DNA from: Salpingoeca rosetta
Lineage: Eukaryota > Protista > Choanoflagellata
Reading direction: 5' to 3'
DNA length: 64,000 nucleotides
NCBI GenBank assembly: GCA_033442325.1
Contig: JAWQFM010000014.1
Location: 170,950-234,949, forward strand
Positions 24,550 through 45,849 of this stretch are shown one piece after another. The notes under the pieces were generated by a model. That model was not told the origin of the DNA, did no database searches, and saw only the letters and a list, made by a program, of their open reading frames with translations. Each line of letters begins with the position of its first letter. Positions within the stretch are counted from its first letter, which is position 1. Position numbers and translations under genes: made by a program.

Positions 24550-25853
24550 TCAGTGGAAGGGTTGAACGCGTCGATTTGGATGCTTTGCAAACTCCAGCAC
24601 TTCGCGAAACAGGAACAGGTCCTCGCTCCAGTCCGGTGGCCGCTGCTCCCACTCCCCCTGCAGATCGTCCACTTCGCGCTCGCTCTTGTCCGGGAACACA
24701 GCCCTGAGCTGAGCGAGAATGTGAGCGTTGAGGTCGACGTTGTCGGCCAGGCGGCGCAGTTGCTCGGGGCCAAACAGCTTGCCAAAGCAAGTCCAACCGT
24801 TGTCGTTTTTCTGGAGCGGGTCGCAGCCGTGGTCGATGAGGATGTTCATGACGTCGCGTGCCTCCACGGCGCCGGCATAGTGGGCGGCCGTGTTGCCGTC
24901 ATCCGTGATGGCATCGGGCGTGCACCCGCTCTCAATCAGCAGCTCCACCATCTCCATGTTGCGGTTCTGCGCAGCATAGTGCAGAGGTGTAAGGCCTGCA
25001 AAGACCGCAAGTCAAGTGGGCAAGCCAGTGAGCAAGCATGTTGTATGATGTCATGATACATGGAAGAGCAAGACAACGCGTCAAGAGAGCTAAGGTCGAT
25101 ATCTGAGGGCAGTGAGGCGGGGGGGGGGAAGGTGTTGATTTGGTTCGATCCGTCACTGGGTGTGCTAGAGTGCAGCCCCACGACCAATTGCAACGGGGGG
25201 GGGGCAGGCAGCAAGAAGATGACTGAGCTCGTACCGACGGAGGTTCGGATGTCCATGCGTTCGCGCGGCATGCGTGCAATGAGCGTTTTGGCCGTCTCCG
25301 TGAGGATCTGGCCGGGGGCCAGCTCGCTGTTCCCACGCATCACCTCGTGCAGCGGGCAGAGACCGCCTTTCTTGGCGGGGATGGTCTGATCCGCACCGGC
25401 ATCGAGCAGGCATTTCACCAGCTGACGTGTGTGTGGGTTGTTGTCGTTGAGAAACATGTTGAGAAACATGATTCGTGTCGGACATGTGCATGTGGCATGT
25501 GAGAAGGCACAGGCAATATTTGTCCCTTGTATGTGTATGTGTGTGTGTGTGTTTGTGCGTGTGTGTTTGTGTGTATGTGTGAAGCAAAGGGTGTCGTACA
25601 GGATAAACAGCAATCCACATACCAGCCCACATACCAGGGACAAGCATGTGCAGGCCGGTGTCTGCACCCACAGTCAGTGCGTGCTGCGCACCTCGTTTGC
25701 TTCGTCATCGTTTGGCCAGGTTGACACAACCAGGCGGAGCGGGGTCCAACCATACCTGTTGGCTTGGTTGACCTTGTCCTTGTTTGCCGCGATGATTTTC
25801 TTTACATCCTCAACAGGCCGCTTGTCCTCCAGCGCTTGCAGGATCACCGACAT
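24550..25853 (-). CDS. Ankyrin-repeat protein (3 exons)
   Basis: MSVILQALEDK...NRYGWTPLRLVV | LVKCLLDAGADQTIPAKKGGLCPLHEV | GLTPLHYAAQNRNMEMVELLIESG...DGNTAAHYA...NGWTCF. Exons are flanked by GT-AG introns. Confidence 0.85.
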
Positions 25854-26295
25854 GGCACTGAATGATGTGGGCGTACGGACCGGCTTTGGAGATGAGGTTG
25901 GCGTGGAAGCAACAGAAGAAGCAAAGCAGCAGGGCGAGGAGGAGGAGGAAGAAGAAGAAGGAGGAGGAAGAAGGACCTTGTGATGCCATGTCACAAGAGC
26001 CCACTGCTTCTACTTGCATCGTCTCATTGTGAGAGGAGGAAAGCGCACCTGCAAAAGTTGGGGGGTCGGTCGGCGTTGGACAGAAGCAGAAGAAGAAGAA
26101 GAAGGGTGTTTGGGGTTTATGGCCATCATCACCGGCTGGCGGCGCTGTCCTTGCTTCATTTGCAATTTGCAACGCATTGCACGTGTGTTTTTGCAAAGCA
26201 GCCAGGAAGACAAGCAAGCAAGACAGGCAAGACGACAAGCAAAGCAAGACCAAGCAAGCTGTGAAGCCGAGTAGAAGCCACGAGTGAAGGCAAAG

Positions 26296-28323
<2,028 letters not shown>

Positions 28324-28704
28324 TGTGGTGCGGTGTGGGCGAATTGGCAGACGGCTGAGACAGCGGACACCCTTGCTCTGCGTTAACATAATTGCACGTC
28401 GTTGTGCGGCTTGCTTGCGTGCATGATAATAGTGTCGGTTGAATAAAGAACAGTGGTGATCACTGTTGCATCTGCAGGCAATTGGTCGATAGTGATGTTT
28501 GAGGGACAGCAAGGTGACCTGAAGGTGGCGAGAGTGCTCAAACTGAAGTGAAAGACATGCATGTATGGATGCATATGGATGCTGCTACCGTGGCTCTTTA
28601 CTCCGTTTATTCATTCACGTCGGTAACGAAACAACTGCTGCTGATGCTCATGGCCATGGTCGCGGCAGTACCATTCAAAACAGGAAGGGGGCTGTTTGCT
28701 TGTT

Positions 28705-28742
<38 letters not shown>

Positions 28743-28774
28743 GTGTGTTGTGTGTGTGTGTGTGCGTGTGTGTG

Positions 28775-29618
28775 TTATTGTGGTGGGCGATAGACGAGGC
28801 AGTCAATGGTGCCCTTTGGTGCTGTCAGATACAACATCTTCACCACGTCGTCCACAGGCATGCGCCCAACAGGCACACCTGCAAACACAAAGAGGATAGT
28901 GGTGGTGGTGATGGACATACAGGTGAGACAAGCAGCAGAGGAATACACCAGTCCGCCCACGTCACATGGTGCAATGCATTAGCTTCTTACCGTTGAGCTG
29001 CACAAAGCGATCGCCAACTTGCAGGCCGGGACAGAGCGAGTTGTCCGTGACAGATGCCACGACGCAGTGGGTGTGCTTGCCTTCAAACACCTCCTCCATG
29101 TCAAAGCCAAACCCAGAGGAGGGGCTGCGTGTAATCTGAACACACCACGTTGCAGCACATACGATGCGGCAGGGCAAGGGGAAGGTTTCAGTGAGCACGT
29201 TGCTGTGGCAGAAATGAAGCAGCGCAACACGACATAGCACTGACACAACACGACACTACACAGCACAAACGCAACACAAACGCAACACAAACACAGCGCA
29301 GCAGACGAGACGGGGGTGGCGCTGGTCACGACCTTGACGGTGATGGTGTGTGGCCCAGTCGGTTCTTCGTGATCGCGTTCGCGCTGAAACGCCAGCATCC
29401 ATCCTCGCTTCTCCTCTGCCGTCTTTGCGTAAAGCGTGTACCACTTGTTCTGCAACGCAACGCAACGCAACGCAACGCGCACGCACACGTGGCAGCAGGG
29501 TGACACGCGTGAGCAACGTCACTGCTACCATACCACCAATGCACACAAACACCACTTGCGAGCGATACTGAACACCGCTTCCTTCCTTCAAGGAAAGGGG
29601 TTGGGGTTGGGGTCATCC

Positions 29619-29715
<97 letters not shown>

Positions 29716-30180
29716 TCTTAACGTTGTTGATCTCCCATGCGTGGTTCAGCATCATACCGTCATGTTTCATTGCGCCATCAGGCAAATCTAAAGACACGCA
29801 CGCAGTTGCATATGAGAACGAGTAACGGGAGCTCACAAGCACACACACACACACACACACACGCACACACACGCACACGCACACACACACGCGCAATGCT
29901 TGTGGTAGTTGCGCAGCTAGCTCACCTCGAATGTGGACATCACGCAGGTCGAGTGTTCCTTTGACCTCCAGCTTGCCTTTCTCGCGCTTGCAATACACTG
30001 AGCAATGGTTCAGAGTACACAGTGAAGTTCATGTTGTGCATGTGCACGCGTGTGCGTGAGAAACGGCACTGCATCGGTTCACACAACCAATCAAAGTTGC
30101 AACTCAGCACAGAAACAGGCAAGACCAACAAGAGACTGACAGACACGAGCACAGACCCAACCCCAACCTGACAAGCACTG

Positions 30181-30232
<52 letters not shown>

Positions 30233-32488
30233 ACACACACACAAACAACAACAAGTACACGTCAGCAGCCTTGTGTTCACGCACCAAGGAGGCGATCGAA
30301 GAGGAAGAACCAGCGGCATTGCGCTTTGCCCTTTGAAATCTTCATCAGCTGGCCATGATGCAACAGCACAAGCCGACTCGACTGACCGGATGAGCCTGGC
30401 AACAAAAACAAGTCACACGTGTGCGCACAATAAGCAGCAGCGCACCATGTAATCGCGATCAACAACGCTGACAAACAACGACAGCAGACAACACCCACTT
30501 CATCGCTATCACATCAGCGCAATAACAGCCATCAGCACAACAAGCACCATCACCGTCACCATCATCAGCATCACGGAAACGCACTCTTCCACGATTTGAG
30601 CTGTGGCCGCAGGTGCAAGAGGTCGTCAGCGAGGCGTGCAACGGGGTCCTTCGTCAGCAGCATGCGCGATTCAAGCGTGTTGCGCCGCCTGCGTGCTGTC
30701 GATACAGACAGCGTGCGGTGGTTCCGTCCTCCCTGTGCATCTCCGCTGATAGTTGGTCCGTTTGCTCCCAATCGCACAAAGCCTTGCACACATAAACGAC
30801 AAGGCAGCCAAGCAGTGACGCGCGTGTGTGTGTGTATTCAGTGTGAGGGGAGGTAAACGATAGAACGCACGCGAGTGCGATCTGAACACGCTTGTTGATG
30901 GATGTGAACACATGCCCGATGATGCTTACTTCCACGCCGCGGAATGTCGTGTGCCGTGGCCGTCTGTCCACCACACACAGTGTGAAAACAAGATGATGAG
31001 TGAGCTAGCGAGGGGACAAGGCATGTGAAGCAGGCAAGCGCCACCACATGGCTCGTGAAAGCTAAACCAACAGCAACAACAGCCACAAGAACAACAACAG
31101 TAGCAGAAAGAGCAATAGCAACAAGGCCAACAATGCTACTCCCGTCCACTCCGTACATGTGATCGTCGTTTCTTGGAAGCGGCGCGGGCCGTGTTGCCGC
31201 CAGGTGCACCTGCAGCGATTGCAAAAAAACTCGTCACTTTCCGTTCTTGGTGCTATCTCAACATGGGGGAAACACGCCGCGTACACATGTACACATACAA
31301 TGCACACTGCACGCAAGCACGCATGCACACACACAACATGCACAAACATACACCCCCGCACACCCTGTACCTGGTGGGGGCGGAGCCTTCCTGAGGGGAT
31401 GGCTGCCTGCTGCTTGCTGTTGGTGCTGCTGTTGAGGTTGTGCCGGTGGCGGCTGTTGTGGCGCCGATTGAGGCGATGAGGCCGTTGGTGGCGGTGCTGG
31501 CGGTGCGTGTGGTGGAGCGCGATGGTGGTGTGGATGGTGCGCAATTCCAAGCCGTTGCTGCTGCTGCTGCGGTCGTGGTACCTCAACACCTGCCTGCTGG
31601 AGCTGATGGTGGTGATGTGGGAGTTCGTCGCCGGGGCGTGGCCCCACGTGGCGTGGCGGGCGTTTGGCTGCTGCCTGTGGCGGATTGTGTGGGCGGTGCG
31701 GCACGTGTTGTCCAGTCGGGTGGTGTGCAGGAGCAGGCGGCGTGGCAGGGTGCTGCGGTGGCGGTGGCGGCGGTGGCGTGAAGATGGGCACTTGATCCGT
31801 TGGTGGTGGTGGCATTGGCAGATCCACAGCGCCGCCGTCTTCGGCCAGGGGCGGCGGCGGTGGAAGTGAGATGGATGCAAGCTGCTCCTGCTGCTCGTGT
31901 GATTGATGTGCTGCATTGATGCCATCACCCCGTTGTGCCGGTGGTGGCGGCGGCGGCAGCGAGTCCAAGTCCTCATCAGCACTCGATTGATCTGCTGGTG
32001 GCGGCGGCGGTGGAGGAATGTTGATAATGGATGTAGGGGTCGGCGCCACGGTGGGCGTGGCTGTTGGCGCTGTCCCCACTGTGCCTGCAGGCATCGTAAC
32101 CGAGGATGATGCGGGTGTGTCGCTGTCGCCGGCTTGTCGAACATCCGCTCCAACCTCTTTTTGTGCCCGCCCAGCCAGCTTTGCTCTCAGCTCAGCCATG
32201 GGATCACCCACACGCGCCACAGTTTCCTGCCGATGCTGCTGTGGCGCTGTTGTCCGGGGTGTGGTGGTCGTTTCCGGACCAACACCATCATCAGCCGGTG
32301 GCGGTGGCGGCGGCAGCGAGATGTCTACTGCAGCCTGCTGACTTAAAGTGGTTGTTGACGATGGTTGCGGTGGTGGTGGAGGCACATGAAACGTCATCTC
32401 TGGTTGTTGTTGTTGGTGTTGTTGTTGTTGGTGTTGTTGCTGTTGGTGTTGTTGTTGTTGGTGTTGTTGTTGTTGGTGTTGTTGTTGG

Positions 32489-32525
<37 letters not shown>

Positions 32526-33656
32526 GCGAGTCGTCTGCATCAATCACGGATTCGGGCACCTCGTGGTTGAACTGTTTCACGACGCCCGTGGATGTGCGCG
32601 ACCTAAACTCGCCTTGCTGTGCTTGCCCGTGCGCCGAAGGCATTGTCGCCGCAGCTGCGTCTGTGTCAATGTCACCATGTGCATCGTTCATGTCAATTCC
32701 AAGAGTGTAGTGGTACGACGCCGTGTTGAGGGGCCGCGTGGTTTCTCGCTTGGGCAGCTGTGGCGGCACGTCACCACCCTGTTGTTCAAGAACAGCATCG
32801 ATGCTTCCACCAGTGCTGCCATCCCCGGACTGTCGACTTGGGTCCCCGCTTCCATCTGCCGCGGACCCGCGTTGCGATGCCCCGATTCGCTCCACATACG
32901 TGCTGGGGAAATGCCCAATGCGCCCTGTCCGCGTGGTACAACCGCGCGTGTGATGAGTTGGGACGTGTTTGGGTTACTGCGATCGGTTGAATAGCGGGAG
33001 AGAGCAGAGCAAGACAGAACGTGACGCTCGAACATGAAACACACACACACACACACGCACACGCACACACACACGCGCGCGCACGATCAAAATGCATACG
33101 CACACTCGTGCGCCTACACACAGAGCGCAGCGCAGCAAATCAGAGAGATGTGGCATGTGGTCTTGTGGTGCAAGGTGTTCAACGCACCGTCAAGCACGCC
33201 TGTCCACCAGTCCTTGGATGCAGGCCCAGACACCACACGGACAACGTCGCCCTGTTGGAACTCTAGCTCATCTGCCGCCTCGGCAGTAAACGCATACAGC
33301 GCACGTGCAAAGAAGGACTCCTGCAGGACAACCAACAATCATGGATGCACAGCCACACGCATAAGGAGAAAGTAACGTGAGCATGTGATGCGCAGTCAAG
33401 AAAAGGCAGTCCATGTTCACGCCCGTACCCACACGCACGCATACACCACTGCTATCGGGTTGCAAGGCCACAGTCGCACCTCCAGCGAGGCTTCTTTGTC
33501 CACTGTTTCGACCTCTGCAGCTGAAGGTTGCAGCTGTGCCTGGGAAGCGTGGGCGTCGTCAGTCGTGCTGACTGGAAAAGTTTGAGTTGGATAAAACGCC
33601 TCGTCATCGCCATCATCGCTGTCGTCCGTGTCGTCGTCATCCTCATCATACGTGCG

Positions 33657-33715
<59 letters not shown>

Positions 33716-34436
33716 GCTGCTGCTGTTGTTCATCTTGCGAAGGAGGAGGGGGCGCGGGAAGGTCAATAGTCACGGCATTCGTGCCTGCAGGCAACGCAAC
33801 TGGTTGTGGCACATGTCCATTTGGCTGAGAGTGCAATTGCGCCGGCTGATGTTCACCAGTTGAATTTGTGACAACTGTGCCGTTCGCTACCCCCTTGTCC
33901 TGCACAGCAGCTTGCGGGAGAGCCTGACTCTGCGGTGTTTCACGGTGTGGTCGGTCCTCTTGGCCGGGTTCCACCTGCTCTTCTTCCTGCTGCTGGTGCT
34001 GCTGCTGGTGCTGTTGCGGCTGGCTTTGGGCTTCTTGCTGTGCGTGGTGGTTCGCGTGCTGTTGCCCCACTTCATCATCACCACCACCACCACCACCACC
34101 ACCACCACAGTCGGCGTCATCACCCTCATCACCGTCATCACCACCCTCGCTACCTTCACCAACACCGCCGCCGCCATCATCGCCCTGTTTCCCCTTAAAG
34201 TGCTGCTGTTTTGGTTGTCGCTGCTCCGCGTCCTTTGCCTGTTCGTTCTTCTCCTCATTTTGGTGTTTCAAGGGCTTCAGCCACGACGAGGGCACCCAGT
34301 GCGGCGAGCTATCGTAGGTCACGAGCGACCACCCGCTCGAGCTTGCTTCGCTCACGTGCACCTTTGCACCGGCCGGCAGGACGGCACCTGCCGTGGTCGT
34401 GTACTCCGCCAACAGCTGATGGTCTGCAGCCACCAT
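28775..34436 (-). CDS. SH3-SH3-polyproline-PH(P-Rex/collybistin-like)-PDZ scaffold protein without DH domain
   Basis: SH3a: LLAEYTT...SSGWSLV...HWVPSSWLKP. SH3b: ARALYAFTAEAADELEFQQGDVV...DWWTGVLD|GRIGHFPSTYVERI. Pro-rich exon 32925-31371. PH: [32 protein letters not shown]...NHAWEINNVKKNKWYTLYAKTAEEKRGWMLAFQRER. PDZ: ITRSPSSGFGF...GLQVGDRFVQLNG...DDVVKML. All exon phases are compatible. Confidence 0.85.
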
Positions 34437-35096
34437 TTCCCTTTCCCCCCCAAACACAAACAAGAGATATGAGCAAGGAGGAGGTTCGTTGGGTTGCTTG
34501 GTGTTGTTTTGGTTGTATTCCTGTTTATGTCTTGCAGCAAATTTCTACAACCTCGGCTTGTCGGTGCTTCTTGGCATTTTGGTTGCTTGCTGTGGGTGTT
34601 GTTGCGGCTGGCCCATGGCTCATGATGACGACGGATGCTCATGCACACAAGAAGACATGGTGTTACATTACTGTCGCGCGTTTCTTGGCCCTCACCCCAA
34701 CCTGGCGCACTTCCACACAGCCCCCCTCCCCAACTGGGCGCTGCACTTGCTCAACTCTGTGGTGTCTGTTCACTTGGCAATATTTCTACAGCGGGTCAGC
34801 CAAACAAAAGCAAGAATAACGATACAGCACCACGCGTGTATGTGCACGTGTGTGTGTGTGTGAGCAAGCAAGGACCCGTGCGAGAGTGCAAAGTAACATG
34901 GTGCACACGCTGGGAGAAAAGAAGACGCACAATAGCAAAAACACGGCCGGGCGTTGTATCAACACAAATGCAAGCAACGCAAGCAATGCAAGCAACGCAA
35001 GCAACGCCACAGCCACAACCGCACACATATACACACACACGCAATGGTTGGCATGGCGCCAAACACAACGCAGACACATGATAACAACGCCCAGTG

Positions 35097-39730
<4,634 letters not shown>

Positions 39731-39901
39731 CGTGTCGGTCAATGTGTGTGTGTTGTGGTTGGGTGTCTTGTTGCTCGTTGAAGCCGGTGTGCAGTTTATG
39801 GTGTTTGGACCGGTCCCCCCTCATTCTGATCACGACGCGAGCAGTGGTTCGCAAGCGACACGTACGGTGCGATGGCGTCGGTGCAACAGGAGCCCCAGAA
39901 G
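39731..39901. promoter_or_regulatory. Putative bidirectional promoter (triple-C2 gene / PI4KA)
   Basis: Divergent predicted ATGs about 170 bp apart. Confidence 0.5.
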
Positions 39902-41132
39902 ATGGGAGGCGGCAGCGCCCGCACGAGCAGCTGCCCAGATGTGATCGACTGCTTGTGTGCAGACACGCAGTCCATCACCACTGCCATGGCAGATTCCATT
40001 GTGGACGCAGTCCCGCCACACCACAACATTATTGGTGCGTGTGTGAGTGCAGTGTAGTGCCAGTGTGTGTCGGTGTGAGTTTGTGAGTGAATGTGTTGTG
40101 TCAATGTGTGAGCATGTGTGTCGGTGTGTGAATGTGTGAATGTGTGAATGTGTGTGTGTGTGTGAGTGTGTGTGTGTGTGTGAGTGAGTGCGGATGTGTT
40201 AATGTTTTTGTTAGTGTGTGCGGATGTATATGAGTGAGTGCTAGTGTGTGAAAGTGCCACTCTATGTTGTTGCCTCAACCGTTGTTCCCACCCAACACAC
40301 GCGCACACACATATGGCAGAGCATCAAGAGTCTGTGGACATGGTGGTCTTCATCTGCCGCGTGCTCCACCGCGCATCGCCAGAGGTGCGTACGTGAAACG
40401 ATTGGGAGGGCGTGCATGCGTCGTTGGGTGTGAAATCAAATCCTGAACAACAAATGGTCTACCAAATACAAGCACCGATCTCACGCTCAATGCTGGCGTT
40501 TGCACCCAACGCTCTCATGTACAGAAACACCAACACGTGGCTCTGTATCTGCAAGACGTCATGCAGGACATCTGCATGTCCTCCGGCACAGGTACAGACA
40601 GCGCGTGTGTGTGCGTGTGTGGGAGTATGTGACGCGTGTGTATCTGAGTGTATGTGTTGTTGTGTGTTGTTGTGTGCCATAGCCTCATTTGACAATCGTC
40701 GCTGTTTGGGTCACGTCAGGGGCGCCAGTGCAGCGCACGGTGAAGCGGATCTGCGGCGCTGTCCTGAGTGCCGTACACGAGGAAGGCCTTCAAGCGAAGC
40801 GGGATATGTATTCCGTCATGTCCACGCCGCTGCACACCGCCATGCAGCGCGTTCGCAGCTTTTCCCACCACCTCACGTCCATGCCTCCATCAGATGGTGC
40901 TCTGCTCTGCTCTGCTCTGCTTGCGTGCTGTGTGCGTGCGTGCTGTGTGTGTGTGCGTGTGTGTGTGTGCTTGTGTATGTATGCGTGTGCGTGTGTGTGC
41001 GTGTGTGTGTGTGCGTGTGTGTGTGTGCGTGTGTGCTGTGCCGTGCTCGTCTCTGCTTGCGTGCTTGCGTGCTGTGTGTGTGTGTGTTGTACCGTGCTCT
41101 TCTCTGCTTGCGTGCATGTGTGCTCTCTCTCC

Positions 41133-41183
<51 letters not shown>

Positions 41184-42260
41184 GCTCTGTGTCAGATGGG
41201 AACATCTGCCCGGTAGCTCTGACCAGCGTGCTCAAACACACCTCACATGACCACGTGTGCTGCTTCTGCTGCAGTTGTTGTTCTGAAGCAAGACCTGGAC
41301 GTGATCATGGGCATATGTGACGCCCTGGCCGATGCAAACCAACTCAAACCGGTTCGTTGTCCTCCAATGTGGCTCATATTGGGTGCTGCGTGGCCCGCCG
41401 CTGGAGCGAAATGCTCCGGGTTTGTTGGTGTTCTGCGTGCTGGTCGCGGTTGATGTCTGCACATGTGTCGCCTGTCACTTCGTCTCACCTCCCACAAACA
41501 TTTCCTGAAATACTTGCGTGCATGTGTGCATGTGCGTATTTGGGGTTGCGCGTTTGTGCGTACGTACGTGCTGCTGTGCATGTATGCGTGGATGTGTACA
41601 TATGTGTGTGTGTGCGTGTTTAGGAGTTGCAAGCGCATTTCCGGGAGCTCTATCTTGACAGCGAGCTCGTGCACCAGCTGCCACACGTCGTGCGTGACCT
41701 GGCTGCAGCAGAGAGCAAGGTATCGGCAACTGTGCTGGTGCACCACCTTGCATGATGTGTACTCTGTTGTCTTGAATGATATCACTCTGCAAACAATGCA
41801 CACACGCCTGTTTACTTTCTCACACGTTTGTTTGCGCTCATTTGTGCATTTGCACACTTTCTTGCACACGTGTGTGTTGTGTGTGTTGTGTGTGTTGTGT
41901 GTGTGTTGTGTGTGTTGTGTGTGTTGTGTGTGTGTGTGTGTTGTGTTGTGTGTGTGTGTGTTGTGTTGTGTGTGTGTGTGTGTGCGCGCGCTCCAGGTTG
42001 GGCGGGCGTGTGCTGCACAGCTGTACGCGTCCATCCTCTCTGCGCTTCTCTCCGTCTTTGCACTCGTTGAGGCCGAAAACGCATTTGTGCACACCAGCAA
42101 CATGGAGGATGACAGGTGCTGCCACGCCAGCGGTTGTTGGTTGCGTGGTTACGCGCTTGCAATTATGCGTGTTTTGGGCATGGGGCATGGTGCTGGCAAA
42201 CCACAACGCACTCAACACACACCTTTTGATACTCACTTCATGCACACACACACACACACC

Positions 42261-42309
<49 letters not shown>

Positions 42310-43597
42310 TCACACCACACACACACACACACACAACACGAATGCGCGTGTTCAGATGTGCGCACTTGTTTGGGCTGGTGTCGCAGTGGCACGAGGATTT
42401 GAGCCGGACGCTGTTTGAGGACCAGCCAGCAGACACAGGTCAGCGAGCGGTGGAGGAGGGGGTGGTGGTAGTGTGGTGGTGATGTGATGATGAGCGTGCC
42501 ATTGTGGTGCGTGAACGTGTGCGCACGCACACGTGCATGCTAGCACAACATACCGAAACCAGCAAAGCGTCACCCTCACCCCAATTCACGTCCATTTCAC
42601 ACGTCTTTGGTGCATATGTGTGTGTGTGTGTGTTCTCAGCGTCGCCGCACGACCCCGTGTGGGTGATTCGGCAGGTGTCGCTGCTGGTGCAGCTGCTCGC
42701 CCTCTGCGCACAGACCGACGACGACATCATCCCACACGTGGTGCGCTGGCATGCGATGTTGCACCCCGTCCTCATCACCCCTGCACACGCCCCAACTCAC
42801 ATCACCCACCGTGCCCGTCTCTCACTCTTTGTTTGTTTTGTTTCTCGAGCTTGCCCAACGTCGTGCGCTGCCGCTCAGAGGCACACCTACGCTCACATCA
42901 TGAAAAACACGCATCATCAAACACACACCACCCCTCCTCCCACATGCTCAAATTCCCACGACCCCTCTTCGCCCGCGGCTCCAGCGCAAGTGGTGCGTGC
43001 TGCTGTCTGAGGGAGACGGCATCAAGCACTTCCTGCCGCTGTATCAGGCGTATGCAAAGGCGCTCACCACCGCTGCCATCCGCTTCAGCAGCCAGCACAG
43101 GCCCGCACTCGACGTGAGCACACCACGCTCGCTTGGTCGTGTCAATGCACTTGTGTTGAGGGTTTTTTTTTTTTTTTGGGGGGGGGGGGTTGTGTTGAGG
43201 TGTTTGTGCAGTGCGTCGGTTTGTTTTGTGTGATTTTTCTCTTTGCATGTGTGTGCATGCAAGTGTGTGTGTGTGCACATATGCTTTCCCGTTCCTTCTG
43301 TTCATCATGCCACGTCATTTGTTGCAGGCGCTCAAGCGGTGCTTGACGGCCCCAAGTCCCCTGCTCTCGTTTCAAGCAAAGGTGCGCGTGGTTTGTGTCT
43401 TGTGTGCAAGCGTCATTTGCGTCGAATGTCATTCATCTATGGGTACAGATGTGCTGATGTCGACACTGCGCGCGCGCTCTCTCTCTCACTCACACACACA
43501 CACAAACACCGCAGATGCTGAAGAAGACATCAGATGCAATATATGCACCGCACGACGCAAGCGAACTCAAGACGACCGTGCTGTCCTCCTGCGTTCG

Positions 43598-43687
<90 letters not shown>

Positions 43688-45812
43688 GCACGCACGCAAG
43701 CACACACACGCACGCACGCAAGCACACACGCACGCACATGTGCTCATGCTTCAATCCTAACGTACTGGCCAGTGGCTCCAAGCTACCCCCCCCCCACAAT
43801 GCCCTCACCACCACCACCGCCACCACCACCACCGTCATCTGTTGCATCATCACCGCGTGCTGCACATGTCCGACAGGGTGCTGAAGGCGATGGCAGCAGA
43901 CAAGCCAGACGCCCTCTCCGCTTTTGTCTCGTCCATCAACCTCAGCGTGTCCCATCCAAGTGCGTCACACACACACATACACCCGCACAAACACCCGCAA
44001 ACACGCACACACACACATACACAGACACTACTGCTGTTATCTGCTGCTACGCACGAATCACTCACACGCCACCCATGCCTGACGTTCCTCCCATGTGCCT
44101 TCTTCCCTTCTTCCCACTGTCTGCACCTGCGCGCCTTTCGTTGTGTTCAGGTGTGCACATGCGGGACGCGATTGTGTACAATTCTGTTGAGCTGCTGGCG
44201 CGCATTGCAGAGGAGACCGCTGCCGGCGATCCAACAACCGTCTCCCTCATCATCGCCATGCTCTACCAGGTGCACACAGCCACCGCCTCGCTTGCTCGCT
44301 GGGCATTGCGGTCATTGTACCATGTCATGCGTTGCTGCCTCGCCCTCGTGTGCCCCAGTCACGCGTCTCACCCTTCACGTTCCCATCACCAATGCGGCTG
44401 CTCCGCCACGACGACGACGACGACGATGACGACGACGACGATGACCACCGCCACCACCACCACCTACCACTCTCACCATCGTCACTTAACCCCCTTCCCT
44501 CTCCGCTCCACCGCCGCTGCCGCCGCGACTGCGCGCGCGCGTGTGTACAGCGGCTCGGGTTTCCTGCTTCGATCGTGGATGTGTCGATTGTCGAGCGTCT
44601 TGGCGGCCTCGCCGTCATCAGCACCACCAACATCTTCGATTCCGTCATGGACATGATGTTCCAGGTCCGCCCGCACACCGCGTGCCATGTGCTCCCGTGG
44701 CCCACGTGGAGGTGGTTGAAGTGTCGTGTGTGTTATTTGTTGTGTGTATTGTAGGAGGTGGTTGGTTGTGTTCATCGTTGATGTGTTTCTTTATTGTTTT
44801 GCCGTCAGGCAAATCCGTGCTTCTTGTTGCCTGTGCGAGGCATATTGACGTTGACTTGTCTTGGTCATTGTTGTGCTTGCGCTCACATATGCGTTTTCAA
44901 CCATTATTCAGCTGTATTTGAAAGTGGCGGCACCAAAGTACGATCCAGACGCGGATTCGCAGGAGCAGGCGCAGTTTGAGTTTATCGGCGAAAACGTCAT
45001 ATCTACAGTGGGTTACAGCTGCGTTTGCTGTGATGGTGGGGCTGACTGGCCTCGTGTTGTGGTTGTACTGGTTTGTGGTGCCGGCTGGAGGTGTACGGCA
45101 GAGCCATACATTTCTTGGTATCCCTTCTTTCACACAGCGCTCACTCGACACACACACACACACACATCTCTCACATCGCATGGCATGTCATCAGAGCATG
45201 AGTGCGATGGCGGGACATCCAGACTGCCTGCAGGCAAGCACGACGTTCCTGGAGAAGATGCTTGTCCTCTTCAACAGACTCGGTACTGCACATGGGATCC
45301 CATCATGGCGTGGAACATCGAGCACACACACATGCATACATACATACATACACACATACATACATACATACATACATACATACATACATACATACACACA
45401 TACATACATACATACATACATACATACATACATACATACACACACACATACACACATACATACATACATACATACATACATACATACATACATACATACA
45501 TACATACATACATACATACATACATACATACATACATACATACATACATACATACATACATACACACATACATACATACATACATACATACATACATACA
45601 TACATACATACATACATACATACATACATACATACATACATACATACATACATACATACATACATACATACATACATACATACATACATACATACATACA
45701 TACATACATACATACATACATACATACATACATACATACATACATACATACATACATACATACATACATACACACTCACTCACACGCGCTCACACACGCA
45801 CGCGCGCGCATG

Positions 45813-45849
<37 letters not shown>

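Noticed and set aside
28775-34436. Assigning PREX1/ARHGEF9 as gene symbol
   Set aside because: There are no DH, DEP or IP4P-like domains. Only the PH domain is similar.
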